Assembly (NCBI GenBank): GCA_040357565.1
Contig: JBDODJ010000055.1
DNA from: Cercozoa sp. M6MM
Lineage: Eukaryota; Protista; Endomyxa: Ascetosporea
Strand: one strand, 5' to 3'
Length of the DNA: 64,000 bases
Positions 12,919 to 26,836 of the stretch are shown one piece after another; the first letter of the stretch is position 1; every line of letters begins with the position of its first letter. The position numbers were made by a program, and so were the translations under genes. The notes under the pieces were generated by a model that had not been told where the DNA came from, did not search any database, and saw only the letters and a program-made list of their open reading frames with translations.

Positions 12919-15226
12919 ATGCAAATCGAAAGTGAACACAGGGTTGCACGACATGCAGCCCACGCGAAACTACACTTGCCTTTGCGTGAGTTTACATCGA
13001 ATGACGCCAGCAATCCTTCACGCAATCCTTCGCAGCAAAGTCGCACCGACGAGCGTGAAGGTGACACAGACGAACCAAACTCATCAAAGGAGTCTTCTCT
13101 AATGACCGAGGCCGAGATCGAGTCCATTCTCGCTGTTCCACTGGAACGAGTCGCAGTCCAGAGTTCACACGGCGCTGGGAGCAAACACGTGCGCGAGGAG
13201 CTCGAGACTGCCGCTGACGCAGAGTTGCAGATGCTCGCTGCACAACTCGACACACTTGTACCTACATTAGACGATAAGCAAGAAGATGGAGTGCTTCCAC
13301 CAGTGCATGAAGTGCGACGAACCCTGCGCTTATACGGTGTGGAAGTGGCCGCTCTTTCTGCGGCAGATGTCGCCGAGCACGAACGCTTGATGGTGCTATA
13401 CTATACACTCGTTGTGAACATTCTTTAAATTAGCACTTGAGTTTCGCAGGAAGAGGCGCGTGTGAGATACCTAGAATTGCAGCAGAGACTGCATGACCAG
13501 CGCTTAGAACAGATCGCGAAGCGCGAGTCCGAAGCTCGAGCGCGGCTTGCACGAAGAAACGAGGAACTTGATGCAGCTTCACGACAGCGAGACCAGCTTC
13601 TTCGCCAGGTACAAGGACATAAAGACATAACTTTAACCTGCAAACAAAGTATTTAGCGAGCACGGCAACGCGTGCAACGCGACCGAGAGACCCTTCGGCA
13701 GGCACGACATGCTCTACTGAGTGCCTTGACGAGGAGGAAGGCACTGCTCGTGGAGCAGTTCGGCCGATTGCACGAAGCAGGTCCGGCTTCTGACGCTACC
13801 GCGGGAGCACTTTCGCTGATAGAGCGTCGTCACTACGCAGTCGAATGGCAGAGCGCCGCGCGTCTCGTGCGCGTTCGAATCGACAGGTTGCGCTCACTTC
13901 GCGATTCACTGCCAGCAGGCAGTTACATTGTTGTTGCCTCTTTGCTGGTGTGCTTTTGCCCTTGTTCAGTTTATTTTGGAATCTTCAAAATGTGACGTTG
14001 TGAGCAGGATAGAGTAGGTGGGAGGAGAATTGCCTACGCTGGTGGCACACACAACCAAAGACGGCAGACATCTCCACAAAGGCACGGTGGACGCTTCTTC
14101 GATCTGGAAATGAAAATGCTGAGCTCTCACCGCGGCGAAACCACTGACGCTGCCAGTGCCAAGCTTGAGCTGCTCGTGCCGAGTGTGCACGATGCGCGTG
14201 CTTCAATGGCACTGCAGTTTGAACTGGTGAGACAAGACGCGCGGCGTGGAGACGCCGTTGTTGGGTAAGTTGACCGCACGGTTCTGACTACAGACGCATT
14301 CTAGATCTGTGTGCAGTTGGACAGTGTTTCCACTCCAACGAGCGGACAGTTCAATCGTTGATGGACAGTTCAAAGCACCTATGCTGCGTGGCGCAGTTGA
14401 CGCCGACGTTGTGACTTACCGGCAAATAGAAAGTCGCATTGCCGACGACGTCGACTCATGGCTGGTATTTGTTTTCTCAGCGTGTCGTCTTTAAAAACCA
14501 GTGGAGGCTGAGTGCTATGTGGGCAGTGCAACCTATATTTTGGCGTGGTCCACGCTGCAGGCGACGAGCAGCGACGCGAACGAGTACAAGCGCGCTGGCG
14601 TGCGCACATACTTCCACGAGACAACGAAAACGACGTCAGCAGCCCCAGTGCAGCAGAGTCGAATGCCGCCACACCTCGACGGAAACAGCCGTCGCAACTG
14701 ACGTCGCTACTCGGTCGGAGTCGACATCACCGTGTCCATCCAATGCAGGAAATCCTCACCGAGTCGATTGAAACTGCGTCGAGTGCCTTGAGCACTCAGA
14801 ACCTCGCCACTAGTGGTGTTATCGACGATGACAACATTGGAGAAAGCAGTATCGCCTTTGGCGAAGACGTTCAACTGCTGCGCGATGACACTCTCGTATC
14901 GACGTCTGAAACAGAAAGTCCGAACGAATTCGAGTACTTCTACTCCGTGTTGCCACGTAACTGCGCGAGCACAGCACAGACACTGGCGTCTTCGGCGCGC
15001 AAACGCATCGCGTTTCTTTGGGCAGGTGTCAGACTCTCACTCCAGAACAATGATTCCGCTGGAGTGTGAATGGTGTTATGTGCTAGGTAGAGTTTGCAAG
15101 TGATTTCTCTGTGCGAAAGCGTTGGACTTCACAGAGCGCTTTGCATGTGAATGGAGTGCGCTGGGGCTACTTGCTGCAACTTGTGCTTCTGATTTTTGCT
15201 TGCTTTTGGTAAACTTACTCGATAAC

Positions 15227-15278
<52 letters not shown>

Positions 15279-15288
15279 NNNNNNNNNN

Positions 15289-15336
<48 letters not shown>

Positions 15337-16584
15337 CAATCACACACAGTGTGTTGTAGGGTGCGGGGTCTCCTTCATGCATTAGGACAGTACCTGATGC
15401 TGCTTTGGCTTGGAATACCTACAACAGAGCAAACACTGACGCCTTGCGGACAGCGCATCGAGTACGCATACGACAACTTGCCGCTGTCTCACGAGGCACT
15501 CTTGGCATTCGCGGGCTTTGGCATGACACTTGTGTGTCTGGCACTCTGCATCGCTATTGGACTCGTATGGCAACGCACCGTTGCTGGAGGACACTTCCCG
15601 CATGCGGCATCGCTTTCAATCGCTGTGTTTGCTGGATGCGTTACGCTTCAGGCAATCCTGGTACCAGTGTGCGACTGTGCCACAACTAACTGGCGCGGCG
15701 ATGCTTTCAAGATGTTTCACTGGTTCGAACGCTCTGAAGGCTCTGGATTCGCTGGGGTTCTTCTGACGCTCTTGGCTTTGTAGCGTGCTTACATGTCTGT
15801 GCTTGTGTTTGGGTGTGAGTGTGTGACAACATTGTGTCCAACAGAACGGCGGGTACCATGCTGGCCGTGCCACTGTGCTACGTTTACCTGACTAAACTGC
15901 ACATGGATGGGCGAATCGTCGATGTCTACCGCCGCATGCATGCGCAAGACAGCGTCTTCTACCTGGTAGAAACTCTCCCACAGTGAAGATACTCGCAGTT
16001 TTGTGTATGTATACTATTTGGTACTGCAGCCACACGACTTCGAGGTGTCTGCCGCATACGTAAAGCGTGAAATCTTCCACAGCACGGCCAAACGCAGCAG
16101 CGGCGATGCCTTGCGCGTTGTTGTGCGCTCTGTCACGCGCACTCGCGACAATGGTGCTGTGGAGCAAGATCACTTGATTGCGCTGGTGCGTGAGAGTGCC
16201 TGGGGTGACGTTGTTCCGATGCGCCGCTTCATCGTGCGCTCCGATGGGGTACGTACACATCCCATCGCGTATGAAAGTAACATAGGACTATTCCCACAGT
16301 CCATCCTCGAGGCGTTCCCCGACCTCCCAGAATTCGACATCTACGCGAGTCTGCTCAATGACATTGGGGCTTCTCTCCACGGTAGCTCAAACGACACCAA
16401 GCCCTGCGATGAAAAGGAGCGCGACGATTTCGAAGTCGCCGTTGACATTCTTTCGAACAAAGCGCATGGCTACCGCGACAGTCACAGCGAGAGTCGCAGT
16501 CGACGCAGCCTGAGCAGCAACGTATCATCAGGCGCTCAGAAAACTGGACCACTTGTACAAACACTCGACCTGTCGCGTTTGTAA
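12919..16584 (+). CDS. OFCC1-like large membrane protein (coiled coil plus several TM segments)
   Basis: Spliceable + strand exons including YAVEWQSAARLVRVRIDRLRSLRDSLPAGSYIVVASLL|DRVGG, GQFKAPMLRG, GDAFKMFHWFERSEGSG and QPHDFEVS. These resemble the OFCC1 family as I recall it; not search-verified. Confidence 0.6.
15226..15335. repeat. (CA)n microsatellite in an intron, with an assembly gap
   Basis: Seen directly. Similar intronic (CA)/(GT) tracts lie near 20134-20265, 24681-24726, 30985-31270, 33083-33240, 34960-35035, 35918-36040, 41733-41832, 42348-42534, 55417-55541, 57536-57678 and 63831-63932. Confidence 0.95.
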
Positions 16585-17539
16585 TTCGATTCATGCTGAG
16601 GTATGCCCGCGACTGGCATTGGTTAAGTAACTAAATAAACTGAACCCCCGAGTTTCGCCAGAGCAATTTGCCGCTTCACAGGCAGGGTTATCAATGCCGC
16701 TATCGACATTAGAGTATTGTACATTTTGGACGTCACTGCTCGCACTATCGATAACGTCGCGAGATCAGGAAACAAAACTGGTCGTTCCCATGTGGAGATT
16801 GACGCCAGCGTTTCTAGTCTGTCGCGCGATCAGGCAGAATAAATGTTTGAACCGGAAGTCTTGTCATTCGTCTCAGCATGCCGACGCTTTGCTCGCACAC
16901 GGCGATTTGATGGTTCTTGAACCGTTAATGATACAAGGTCCAGCTTTGTCCGGCACGTGAGTTCAAAAACTGACCCAGTGCCACTTCAGGCTGTCTGATC
17001 GGCACACGCGCATGCTACTTACGTTGTGCACGAGCTCTGGTAATGCCATGGCCATGGGACGGGTGAAAGCTTGGAGGCTTTATCGAAGTCAATTAAATCA
17101 GCGCAAGCACTAACACGGCATAACGTATCAAGTGCAAAGGGACGAAGCTCCGCTGGATACGAGGTACCTGCAGTCAAAGTGCGTGAGCTGTAGAAAGCTT
17201 GACCCAAGCTAGGACAGGTCTGCACAACACTTGACAATGCAGGTAGAAGCCTCAGTATGTATTGCGGCAGGAGATACCTAGCAAACAAAATCCTTCATCG
17301 CTGACGAGTAGTCGGATGACAGACTTGATTGAGAAACGCTATGCCTTAACACTTGGGAGTACGCTAAGAGGCCACGCCGGCAAGGGGAGCAGTTCAGAAC
17401 TGAACTACCGTTCACGTCAGTTCAATTGATGAACCAGTTGGTACAATCAATCAATCAATCAATAACTCTAGCATAGATCTAACCTAATGCAGGCGACGAG
17501 GCGAGGCTTCTAGCAATGAAGTACAGCAAGTACCACAAC

Positions 17540-20156
17540 AAATCACCGTGACCAGACGTCAGTTCGGGTCACCACCACGCAGTGTGCCGTCGGTGCAGTC
17601 TGTCTCTCTGCCAACAACACACAGCCACACACAAGCACTAGACACACCAGACTAAAAGAGCACCAACGGGTACCGGTCGATCCGGCGGTCGCTCCTGCAC
17701 GGCGATGCGTTCCCACAGGTTGACGAGCTTGCCGACGCCACGCGACTCGTCAAGTAACTGTTCCGAGTCGGAGGCGCCGACGTCCTTCTTGACGTCGTCC
17801 GAGTAGTGCGTGCCAGTGCCAATGCTAGTGCCAGTGCCAGTGCCAGTGCGAGTGCTGGTGTACGGTGGGTCGCTGCCGGTCTTGGAGGTCGACGTGGAGC
17901 TGCTGTTGCTGCCGAGACGACGCAGACTCGGCCAGCGGCGAAAGCGCCGCCGCGATGGCGTGGTATTGGGCTCGTCACCACGGTCTTTCGTGTCGGCGTG
18001 TTTGTCGTTGTTGGCGCCTCCTTCTGGCGCATTGTCCTTGGCGATCTGCCTCCTGTTCAAATAGTATGATAACCTCCACCCCTTGTGAACACAAGGTCTC
18101 CCCTTCCCTAAAGTACCATCGGCGTAGCAAGGCACGAACGCGACCCATCTTGCTTTCGCTGCGTTCCTTGTTGCTTTCGTTGCTTTCGCTCGTGCTTTCG
18201 CTGATGCTTTCGTTGGTGCTGCTGGTGTCGTCGCTGTCATCGTCGTTGTCATCGTCGTCGTCGGACCCAGCAGTGAGTCGCGTGTCCGACTGCGCGTGCG
18301 ACGTCGGCGACAGCGGCTGCAGCTGCGGCAGGTCGCTCGCTCGCACACGCGACATGCGACGCAGCTGCGGTGACCCGCACGGTGCCGTCACCGTCACACT
18401 CTGCTCCTGTCACCAGCCACAGGTCACCAGTCACCAGTCACCAGTCACCAGTCACCAGTCACCAGTCACATTAGTCGAACCGTTGGTATAACAAGTTACC
18501 GGCTCTGACTCGGACTCTGGAATCTCTTGCTCGCAGTCACGAATGGCTAGCAGCCACTAAACAACAAGGGGTGTGGGGGGGGGGGGGGTAAAAAGGAGTA
18601 AACATGCTACCTGCATGGCATCACGCACAGGCAGCAGTAGCCATACGGGCTCGTCGTCGGCATCGCGACAGCACAGTACGGCACTGCCACGCGGGTACCT
18701 CCGTCGGCCTCTCTCTGTAGCATTCACACACGCAAGGGTACACCCCTAGAGATATGGAAGGACGGCAGCGTGTACCGTCCAGAGGCGGCACGATACGCGG
18801 TGTGGCAGCCTCAAAGAAGAGCACGCGGAAGGCGGCTCCGGCGTCGCGGTCCGCCGACGGCAGCAGGTGCAGCTCGTTGCGTACTAGCACACCAAAGCAC
18901 GGCCGGAACTGCAGCGGTATCCGCTCGTCGCTCAACTCGGTGTCACTACCCAAGTGGTCGCTACCCACGTGGTCACTCTGATCGTTAGTGCCACTGGCAC
19001 CGCCCTGGAGCGACGCGAGCCACCGTTCGGCACGTGCACTGCCGGGACCAAAGACCACGTCGAGCACGTCGTCATTTGGCACCGGTGTCGCTTCCTCCTC
19101 CTCGTCATCCTCGTCGAACGACTCCTCTGGTAGGTCGTCAAAGCCCTCTGAATAATGGGTAATATGGGTAGGGTAGGGTAGGGTAGAGGTAGGGGTAAAG
19201 GTAGAGCAGGAAACAACACACCAGTGGCCAAGGCAACGTAGCCACAGCATCGCACGTCCTTTCGGTCCGCGCGGAAGGACAGTTCCGTCAACAGGTCCTC
19301 GCGGAGGTCGCGCGATTCCGGCGACAGCGGGAAACGGAACAAGGGCGTGCTCGAGGCCTTTTCCGTGCCCTGCGCCGCCGCTGCTATGGCCGGTGCCGAA
19401 CCCGATGACCTGCGGGGTCGAGGGGTTAAATGCGGTTACAAGGGGATAGGCGGTTAAAGGGGGTAAGACAGGGGGTAAAGTGGGTATGACAGGGGGTAAA
19501 GTGGGTATGACAGGGGGGGGGGGGGGGGGGGGGTGATGGTACGCAGCAGCGACTGACAACGGCAACGCGAACGACGCGCGCTCAGCCGCGGATCGAAAAG
19601 CGAATAGGAAGAGTTCTTCGCTAGCTACGCTCACGTCGGGAGTTTCACTGGCTACACAGGAACACATTTGACTCATCTAAACGTGCTCAAACTGCGTTGT
19701 TTGAGGCTGCGTGAGGTACGGATGTTGCGCAGGCAGAAGAGTCTCCGCGGCTGGCCGGTGCGACAGGCCACGACGCGTGTGCGCGCGTCCAGACAGAAGG
19801 AACGCGCCGCGTCGCACGGGTCGGCTTCACTGGCGTCCTCGCCGACATCATAGACGCCTGGGGTGGGGGAAGACAAGGGTATCGAGGCACAAGGACGGCT
19901 GGGATAACAGTACTGATCTGTTTCGACATTGTCTCCAGCAGTAACAGAACGCGTTGCCACCGTCCTTCTTGCCAGCTAGAGAGTACTATACATCAAAAGA
20001 AAACTCCATATGGTCAAAATACAAGTACCGTTCTGACCCGGTGGCATACTCGTCCCAAGGCTGCCATCTGAAGGACACAGAAGTGAGAGGGCAAAGGGAA
20101 AGCTCCAAAGACGTGTGCTTGTGCGGTTGGACTTGTGTGTGTGTGTTTGCGTGTGC

Positions 20157-20207
<51 letters not shown>

Positions 20208-20217
20208 NNNNNNNNNN

Positions 20218-20267
<50 letters not shown>

Positions 20268-21162
20268 AAGTACTCATAGGCATGACCGAAGACAACAGGC
20301 ATTCCGGCATAGTACTCGGCAAACTCTCGCGGCAGTCGCTGCACACATCCGCGAGAATGACAGAGTGACTTGATAACGGAGAAAGGAAACACTTACAATG
20401 CACAGCGGCAGCGGTTCGTCCTCTTCCTCCAGGACGTCCATGACACGCGACGCAGTGTCGTGTCTGCGCATACACAACACAGCGTGATAGATGGGATAGT
20501 TTTCGCATCGAGAGGTACCGTATAAACCGTCGCACAACGTGACTGCCATGTGCTGACGCCGTAGCTACTCTGTGCACGCAAAGAGACAAGGAATAATGCG
20601 TGGGGATAAAGACAGCAAACATGCGGTAGAGTCGGTACCGATTGAGCACTTGCTGCTGCTGCTGCCGCGCGACGATACTCGACGGCGCGTTCGGGGGCGA
20701 GTTGGTGCCGGGCCCTGCAGGTGTCACTGTGTATAAGGTCTCCTTCCCTCTACCAAAAAATACGACCAAGAGGGTACGAGGAGAACTCGGCGGCGACAAG
20801 GAGGCACCTCGCAGCGGCCACCTCGTTCTCTGCTCGGTCGGTACCTCCATGCGAGCTGCGTCCGGTGCGATCAGTCGTCTCGTCACCTGTAAGATTTACA
20901 ACACACACATCGTACTGCTATACTGTTGTTGACTCAACACCTTACAGAGACGAGGTCAGACCTACCAAATGATGCACGATCGTGTGTCGGCGCGACATAT
21001 CATCCTGCGACGCGAGGATCTTCTGCGATGGCCGTTTTGATGGCTTTGCAAATCTATCGTCCTGTGTTGAATACACCAAGTTGCATAGTGATCGAACAGA
21101 ACGAGAAAGGAGAAAAGAGCACTCACTGCCAGTGAACGTGTGCGTCTGTGAATTCGACTCAT
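17540..21162 (-). CDS. Hypothetical multi-exon protein with probable PH-like domains and low-complexity C-terminus
   Basis: Exons: RQEGRWQRVLLLLE; SFCLDARTRVVAC...RRLFCLRN; ELFLFAFRSAAERASF; QFRPCFGVLVRNELHLLPS. Both boundaries are approximate. Confidence 0.5.
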
Positions 21163-21555
21163 TTCTGCTGCTGCGATTGTCCTTTTCGTTGAGTTGAGTT
21201 GAGAGATCAGCAGCAACGCTGACAGATGCCAGTTTCAGGCAGTGCTACACGTCGTGTCCCACAAGTTTCGCGCCTCTCGCGCACGGACGCACCTGCAAAG
21301 CGACCAGTCACTCCAAAAAAGCACACACGGCGATCGCTCTCGCGCCGCGGCTCGCTCAGCCGTCACTAAAAAGCCCAAGCACGCCTGTGCTTTGGCTAAC
21401 TCGCCTCGATCGCTGGTTGCTAAACGCAATAATAGCCTGACTGTTATTTATGACGTAGTTATTCATGCTCTTTTAGCACTCATAGGGCGGTATTTTTCGG
21501 CGTAACAACGTGCTCTTTTACTGTACCGCATGGTGACTAACGTCGTTCTTGCGCT

Positions 21556-22640
21556 TCAAAGTGGCGTTGTCGCTCTGTTGATGACGTGATACTCAATGCG
21601 AAGGTCGTGGTGCGCACGTGAGTACAGTCGATGCAGGAACTGCAGCGAGTGCTCGTCGGCCACGTGTTGCGAGTCGACAGTGAGCGATACCTGCGACGAC
21701 CGGACCTGCAGTAGCTGCGCCAGCAGCTTGCGCACAGTCTGCGCAGTGCCTGTAGGGAAGATACACAGAGGAGAAGAGAACAAAAAGCGGACAGAAAAAA
21801 GGCCAGAGAAAGGAGCAAAGGTGAGTTAGAGAGTCAAAGGTACACGTTGGCTCAGTGCGCAAAAAGCGATTCTCGAGCTCGTGCGACGACTGATCGAGCG
21901 GACACAACTCGACAGTGAGCAGACCAGTGTCACTCAGGACCGAGACGGTGTCAACACCGTCAGTGTCACCCACCGAGCGATGCTGATCATTAATGACACG
22001 ATCATCGGTGACGATTTCGGCGGCACCATCGGTGTCTCCGTTGCCGAAATCAACGAGAGCCAGGATGCGATCGAGCGCGGCGTCGAAGCGCACGGTCTCG
22101 CTGTCTGCGATGGCACGTGTCACACCGCCAGTGTCGCAGTCAGCCGAGCCATGTGCCAATTCACGCAACTCAGTGGCTACGTGGCCCAGCATGGTGTTGC
22201 AGCCGGCACGCACGCAGGCCACCGGCATCGCAGAGGCCGAGCCACAGTGCGCCAGCAGGCACGTTAGGCAGCACGAGTGAGCGCACGGCTGCGCACACAT
22301 ACATCCCTTTTACCCACAGTACCCCTCCATCCTTTTGTGTCTACCTGCCTGTGCACTACCAAAATGGTGACGGCGCGCTGCAGCCACTTGGCGCACTTGG
22401 CGCACTTGAGCGCGCTCAAGTCACTCTCGCTGACCTGCACGTGTCCGTGTAAAACAGACATTAAGGATGCTCTGGGCGTACAAACCCTACGTGATAAGAG
22501 GTTTGACGCTTCCTCTTGCGCGGCTCTCTCTCCGTGTCGCTGTCGTCCGACTCATCGGTTCCGCTGGCATCGTTCTCGATCTCGCTGTCATTTTGGAGCA
22601 CGAACTCGCTTAGCTCATTTAAGGCTTCGTTCGTATCCAT
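21556..22640 (-). CDS. Polycomb group RING finger (PCGF/BMI1-like) protein: RING plus RAWUL
   Basis: N-terminal acidic and NLS-like stretch (PRKRKR). RING: LKCAKCAKWLQRAVTIL|..PCAHSCCLTCL..CVRAGC. C-terminus: LENRFLRTEP|..TVRKLLAQLL..VSLTVDSQHVADEHSLQFLHRLY..LRIEYHV, which fits a RAWUL domain. Confidence 0.65.
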
Positions 22641-22844
22641 GATACTCTACGTGGTAGTAGCATCCGCCTAAACACGCCTGTGTCTCGCGAAAGCAACCTT
22701 GGTGTGACCATTCTTATTTGTGAAAAAAAAAACAAAGTAAAAGTCCGCGTTCTGTTTAGCGATTTGACAAGGCTCAAAGTGTGCTGAGTGCATTTCACTG
22801 TGTGATTATACAAGTGAGGGCTTGTCCGATCTTTTGTTTGAGAC

Positions 22845-24457
22845 ATGTGGGTGTCTTTCTCGAGCACACTGACCCGCCGCGCATGGTCCGCGCGGAGAAC
22901 TTTTGCATCGGCACAGAAGGGCACGCGTGTGTTGCTCTCGGCCTCAAACGACGCGCATTTTAACCTCGCTGTTGAGGATGCCATCTTCCGTGACATGCCG
23001 GTCGGTGCAGGTAGTTATTACCAGTCGTACTCGTTTACTGGACACGAGTTTACTGAACATCTGCGTGTCTCTTAGGTGATCGCGTTCTATTCTTGTGGCG
23101 AAACTCGCCCACCGTGGTTATTGGCCGCGCACAAAATCCTGTATAGTGTCATATTCATGTACCTGTGTCTGTTTGCTTGTACGTGTTACGAGCTGTCTCA
23201 CAGTGGGTGGAGTGCAATACGCGGCGGATGGAACGCGACGGTATCACGCTCGCCCGACGACAGACAGGTACTGGGGCGTAAAAGGATTAGAAAAAGGAAC
23301 CCACACTTGAGATGACACGACACAGGCGGCGGTGCTGTGTTTCATGACTTTGGCAACACTTGCTTCACCTTCATGTCGTCGAAAGAGTAATCATATCTGC
23401 CTGTCGACTTACCCTCTTGCCTTGCACCTGTTTTGTGGTAGGGACTACGATCGAACCAAGAGTACAGATGTCGTGATCCGCGCATTGCGTAGACTCGGCG
23501 TGCAGGCACAAGCGAGTGGCCGCAACGACCTCGTCGTGCATGAAAGCGACAGCTCTGCGCAGGAGCAGGTACCTCAATCAAGTCTGTCCTTGGATCCCCA
23601 CTGATTTCCGTCCGTTCCTTCCTTCCTCCAGACCGAAGGAGCACCAGTGTCGCCGAACGCACTGCCGCCGCGCAAAATCAGCGGCAGCGCGTACCGCGAG
23701 ACTCGCGATCGTTGCTTCCACCATGGCACCGTGCTGATCGATGCCGATCTGACGCGCCTGGGGAACTATCTGACACCGGACGAGAAGAAGCTTGTCAGCA
23801 AGGGTGTCACTTCGGTTCGCTCTCGAGTCGGCAACCTCGTCGACATGGTGCCCGATGGTGTGGTACACTGCGCTCTGCCTTTTTCTTTACCATCACCGAT
23901 GGATACCCCCCCCCCCCTTCCGTAGGAGGTCAATCATGACGTGATCTGCGACATGATCTCCGAGGAGTTCCAACGGTGGGTGGGACACGCAATCGAGCCA
24001 GAAGTTATCCACCCGGATCAGTTCGATCTCGGAGGTACTTTACTCCCTCGAGCACCCCTCTATCTAAACTACCCGTTCCTACCGCTCCACTAGGATTACA
24101 AGAGCGATACGATATGCAGCGCAGCGACGAGTGGAACTTTGGCCAGGCACCGCGTTTCGAGCACCACGTCGAGACGCGTTTCGAATGGGGTGGCTTGGCG
24201 CTGCACATTGACGTGCAGCGCGGTGCCACCATAAAGCAGGCCGTCGTTTTCACGTACACCTCCATCGCAAAACCTCATGCCGGGCCTTAATCGTGTGAGT
24301 GTTTACTCTGTGCAGGGACGCACTGGACCCAACGCCGCTCGAGAACCTGGCTGCTGCTCTCCAGGGCGTTATCTATCGACCCGACGTTGTGGCCAACGTA
24401 GCCGCACAGTGCGGCTTGCCCGATGTGGCTCAGTGGCTTCGCACGGCCCTTGCATGA
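22845..24457 (+). CDS. lplA: Lipoate-protein ligase A with mitochondrial presequence-like N-terminus
   Basis: [25 protein letters not shown]|WVEC, LARRQT|[47 protein letters not shown], plus an LplA C-terminal domain. The N-terminus [22 protein letters not shown] is Arg/Ser-rich and lacks acidic residues. Confidence 0.92.
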
Positions 24458-24680
24458 ATTCCATCGAACGGAAATCGTTCGAACTGTATCTCCGTGTTGG
24501 GTTCGCATTCAGTTCAGTAGGCTACACTGACATGTACAAGTAAAACGTGTTATAAACGTATATACGTTCTCGGAAAATTCNNNNNNNNNNNNNNNNNNNN
24601 NNNNNNNNNNNNNNNNNNNNNNNNNNNNNNNNNNNNNNNNNNNNNNNNNNNNNNNNNNNNNNNNNNNNNNNNNNNNNNNN

Positions 24681-24729
<49 letters not shown>

Positions 24730-24769
24730 GGGGAACAGCGACACCGCTCGTCTAATGGGAAAAGTACAC

Positions 24770-26389
24770 GTGTCCACCACAAACGACTACAATAATAGGT
24801 GCTTTTTCCGAGTAATCGTTGGACTCCGGTTCGGTGGCAGTAATGAGCCGGAGCAACGACTGGCGGTGCGTCTCGTCGTACAGACAGGCGAGAGCAGCGC
24901 CGCAGGACGGCTCGACCAAGCACCTCTCCTCCTCTGCTGGCAGAGGATACAGTCATCAATGTTACCGAGACAGAGACACGTACCCAGGAAGGCAGCGACC
25001 GCGCGAATCGCGTCGCTGTCGCTCACGACGACGCTGTGCACGCGAGGGTCGTGTGACTCACTGTTCGACTGATCGTGCGGCTTGGCGGCGTAGTCGCGGC
25101 ACATGCGCAGAACGCCGCGACTGACGGCGAGAGCGCCGAGGGACTTGGCGACGCTCGTGATGGCTGGCAGTGCGGGCGGTTCTCCCGTACCGTCAGCGCC
25201 ACTCATCCAGGCCAGGTTAAACCTACACACATGGGGCAAAACATCGTTAGTAACGGTAGGGAGTGGAAGGGTTAAAGTGCTACGAGTGAGCGCCACAAGT
25301 CTCAGCTGCCACAACGAGAGGTTTCTGCGGAAGCTTCGAACAGCCTGTCACGACGCCTCCAAGTAGACCGCTACAGAGAGGGTGTTAGGCACAAAAAAAA
25401 AAAACAGTGAGGGAAAGGACACGACTGTACATACCCGCCACCGACGGCACACACGACGAGTGCGGGCCGCACGTGCGCCACCTCGGTCACCAGCGAGGCA
25501 TGGCCTTCCCACAGAACCTGCAGGAGGTACAAGAGCTATCAAGGAGGGCAAGAACGAGAAGTTTAACAGGGAAGAGGACAGGCTCGTCGAAAGGCGGCAC
25601 ATAGACGGCGCCATGCTCGGCGCACAGTTGACGCGCCAACTGGTCGGCCGCGTTCCAGTTGGCACCGTGCACGTGCACCGTTGCACCCACCTGCACACGT
25701 ACACAGTATATGGTCTAATCTAACCCATTCTAAGCTTCACTGAGATCTTTTGTACCGAGCTAATTTTGTTTCGCATCATTTCTGGCGTCGATTCCGGCAC
25801 GACCTACATTTCAGAAAAACAAAAAGTTGAATTCAATTCGGGGCAGAGGTAACTCCGCCTTTGAACTAAAGCACAGGTACCACCGTCACCTTCCATCCCA
25901 GTGCCTTGCCAACCTGTTCAGACAAGCAACTTTAAATACATTATAAGCTTCTACCGGCAAAAAAGCAAACAAACCGTGGCTGTGGCAAAGCCGGCGTTGC
26001 CACCAGAGCTGCTGACGGCCTCGCGTTTACCTAAATTCACATCAAGATGCGCAAAATTGTTCCTGTCTCGGCTCCACAGTTTTGTCTTAGCTCCTTAGTT
26101 TTGACTGCGCAGTACCTTTTTGGTGCTCACGAGTGAGCAGTTCGCCGATTCCGCGACACTTGAATGAGCCGCTGGAGAAGGCATCGTACGGCGTTTAAAA
26201 CGCTCATCGCTCTTGTAAGTGGTTTACCTCGGTCGCATATTTTCCATCTTCAGGTAGACTGGCCGACCGCACCGCTCCGACAAGGACACACTCCGCAGCA
26301 ACGGTCTGCCAAACAAGGTGACAAACTCCGCGAAAAAAAGACATTATGTACGTGACCGCGCGGAAGGGATGTGATTCTGACAGTGTCAT
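24770..26389 (-). CDS. SDS: PLP-dependent L-serine dehydratase/threonine deaminase (last exon probably in the N gap)
   Basis: VYLKMENMRPS|GSFKCRGIG (PLP lysine), SSSGGNAG, YVPPFDEP, WEGHASLV, ITSVAKSLGA, LVEPSCGAALA, VVVCGG. Confidence 0.9.
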
Positions 26390-26836
26390 CGCACTTATTT
26401 CGCTGACTGTAGTGCCAAAACTAAATTAAATCCGCTCTAGTGACTTGCAGTGGCACGGAAGCTACTGTACCACAGTACTGGAAATAAACAAATTATGGCT
26501 GGACCATTCTTTCGATTTTGCTCCGCGTTTGAAATGAAGCAATGCTGCTGAGTGCGCGAAATAAACTATGCCTGCACAAAAATTGACAAGCGAAGTCGAA
26601 GTTGGTGTACACCCACCGAGCCTCCCTGGCTGAGGTTGACTTCGACAGCAGGCTCCAAGACTCGCCTTGCGCGACACCGACTGCAAGCGCGACCATCTGA
26701 CGCGTGATTCTCCGACTTCGACTGCCGCCCGGCCGGCGCGACTTACGCCTGATGACGAGACGAACGACAGATAATAGAAACTAACTAACTAAATCGAAGT
26801 TGGCGTATCGCGTCGCCAAGCCCAACCGAGGCGCCG

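Noticed and set aside
16600-17340. Possible small gene between the OFCC1-like and PH-like genes
   Set aside because: Only short ORFs, with no recognisable motif or convincing exon chain.
24581-24680. N runs (also 31132-31231, 32609-32708, 42395-42494 and several 10-N gaps)
   Set aside because: Assembly gaps, mostly at microsatellites. They carry no biological signal, though they may hide small exons.
26570-26650. Sm-site-like AATTTTTGTG (minus strand) next to a GTCGAAGT/ACTTCGAC hairpin, suggesting an snRNA
   Set aside because: No U1, U2, U4 or U5 signature sequences, and the G-U extension of the hairpin favours the strand opposite to the Sm-like site.
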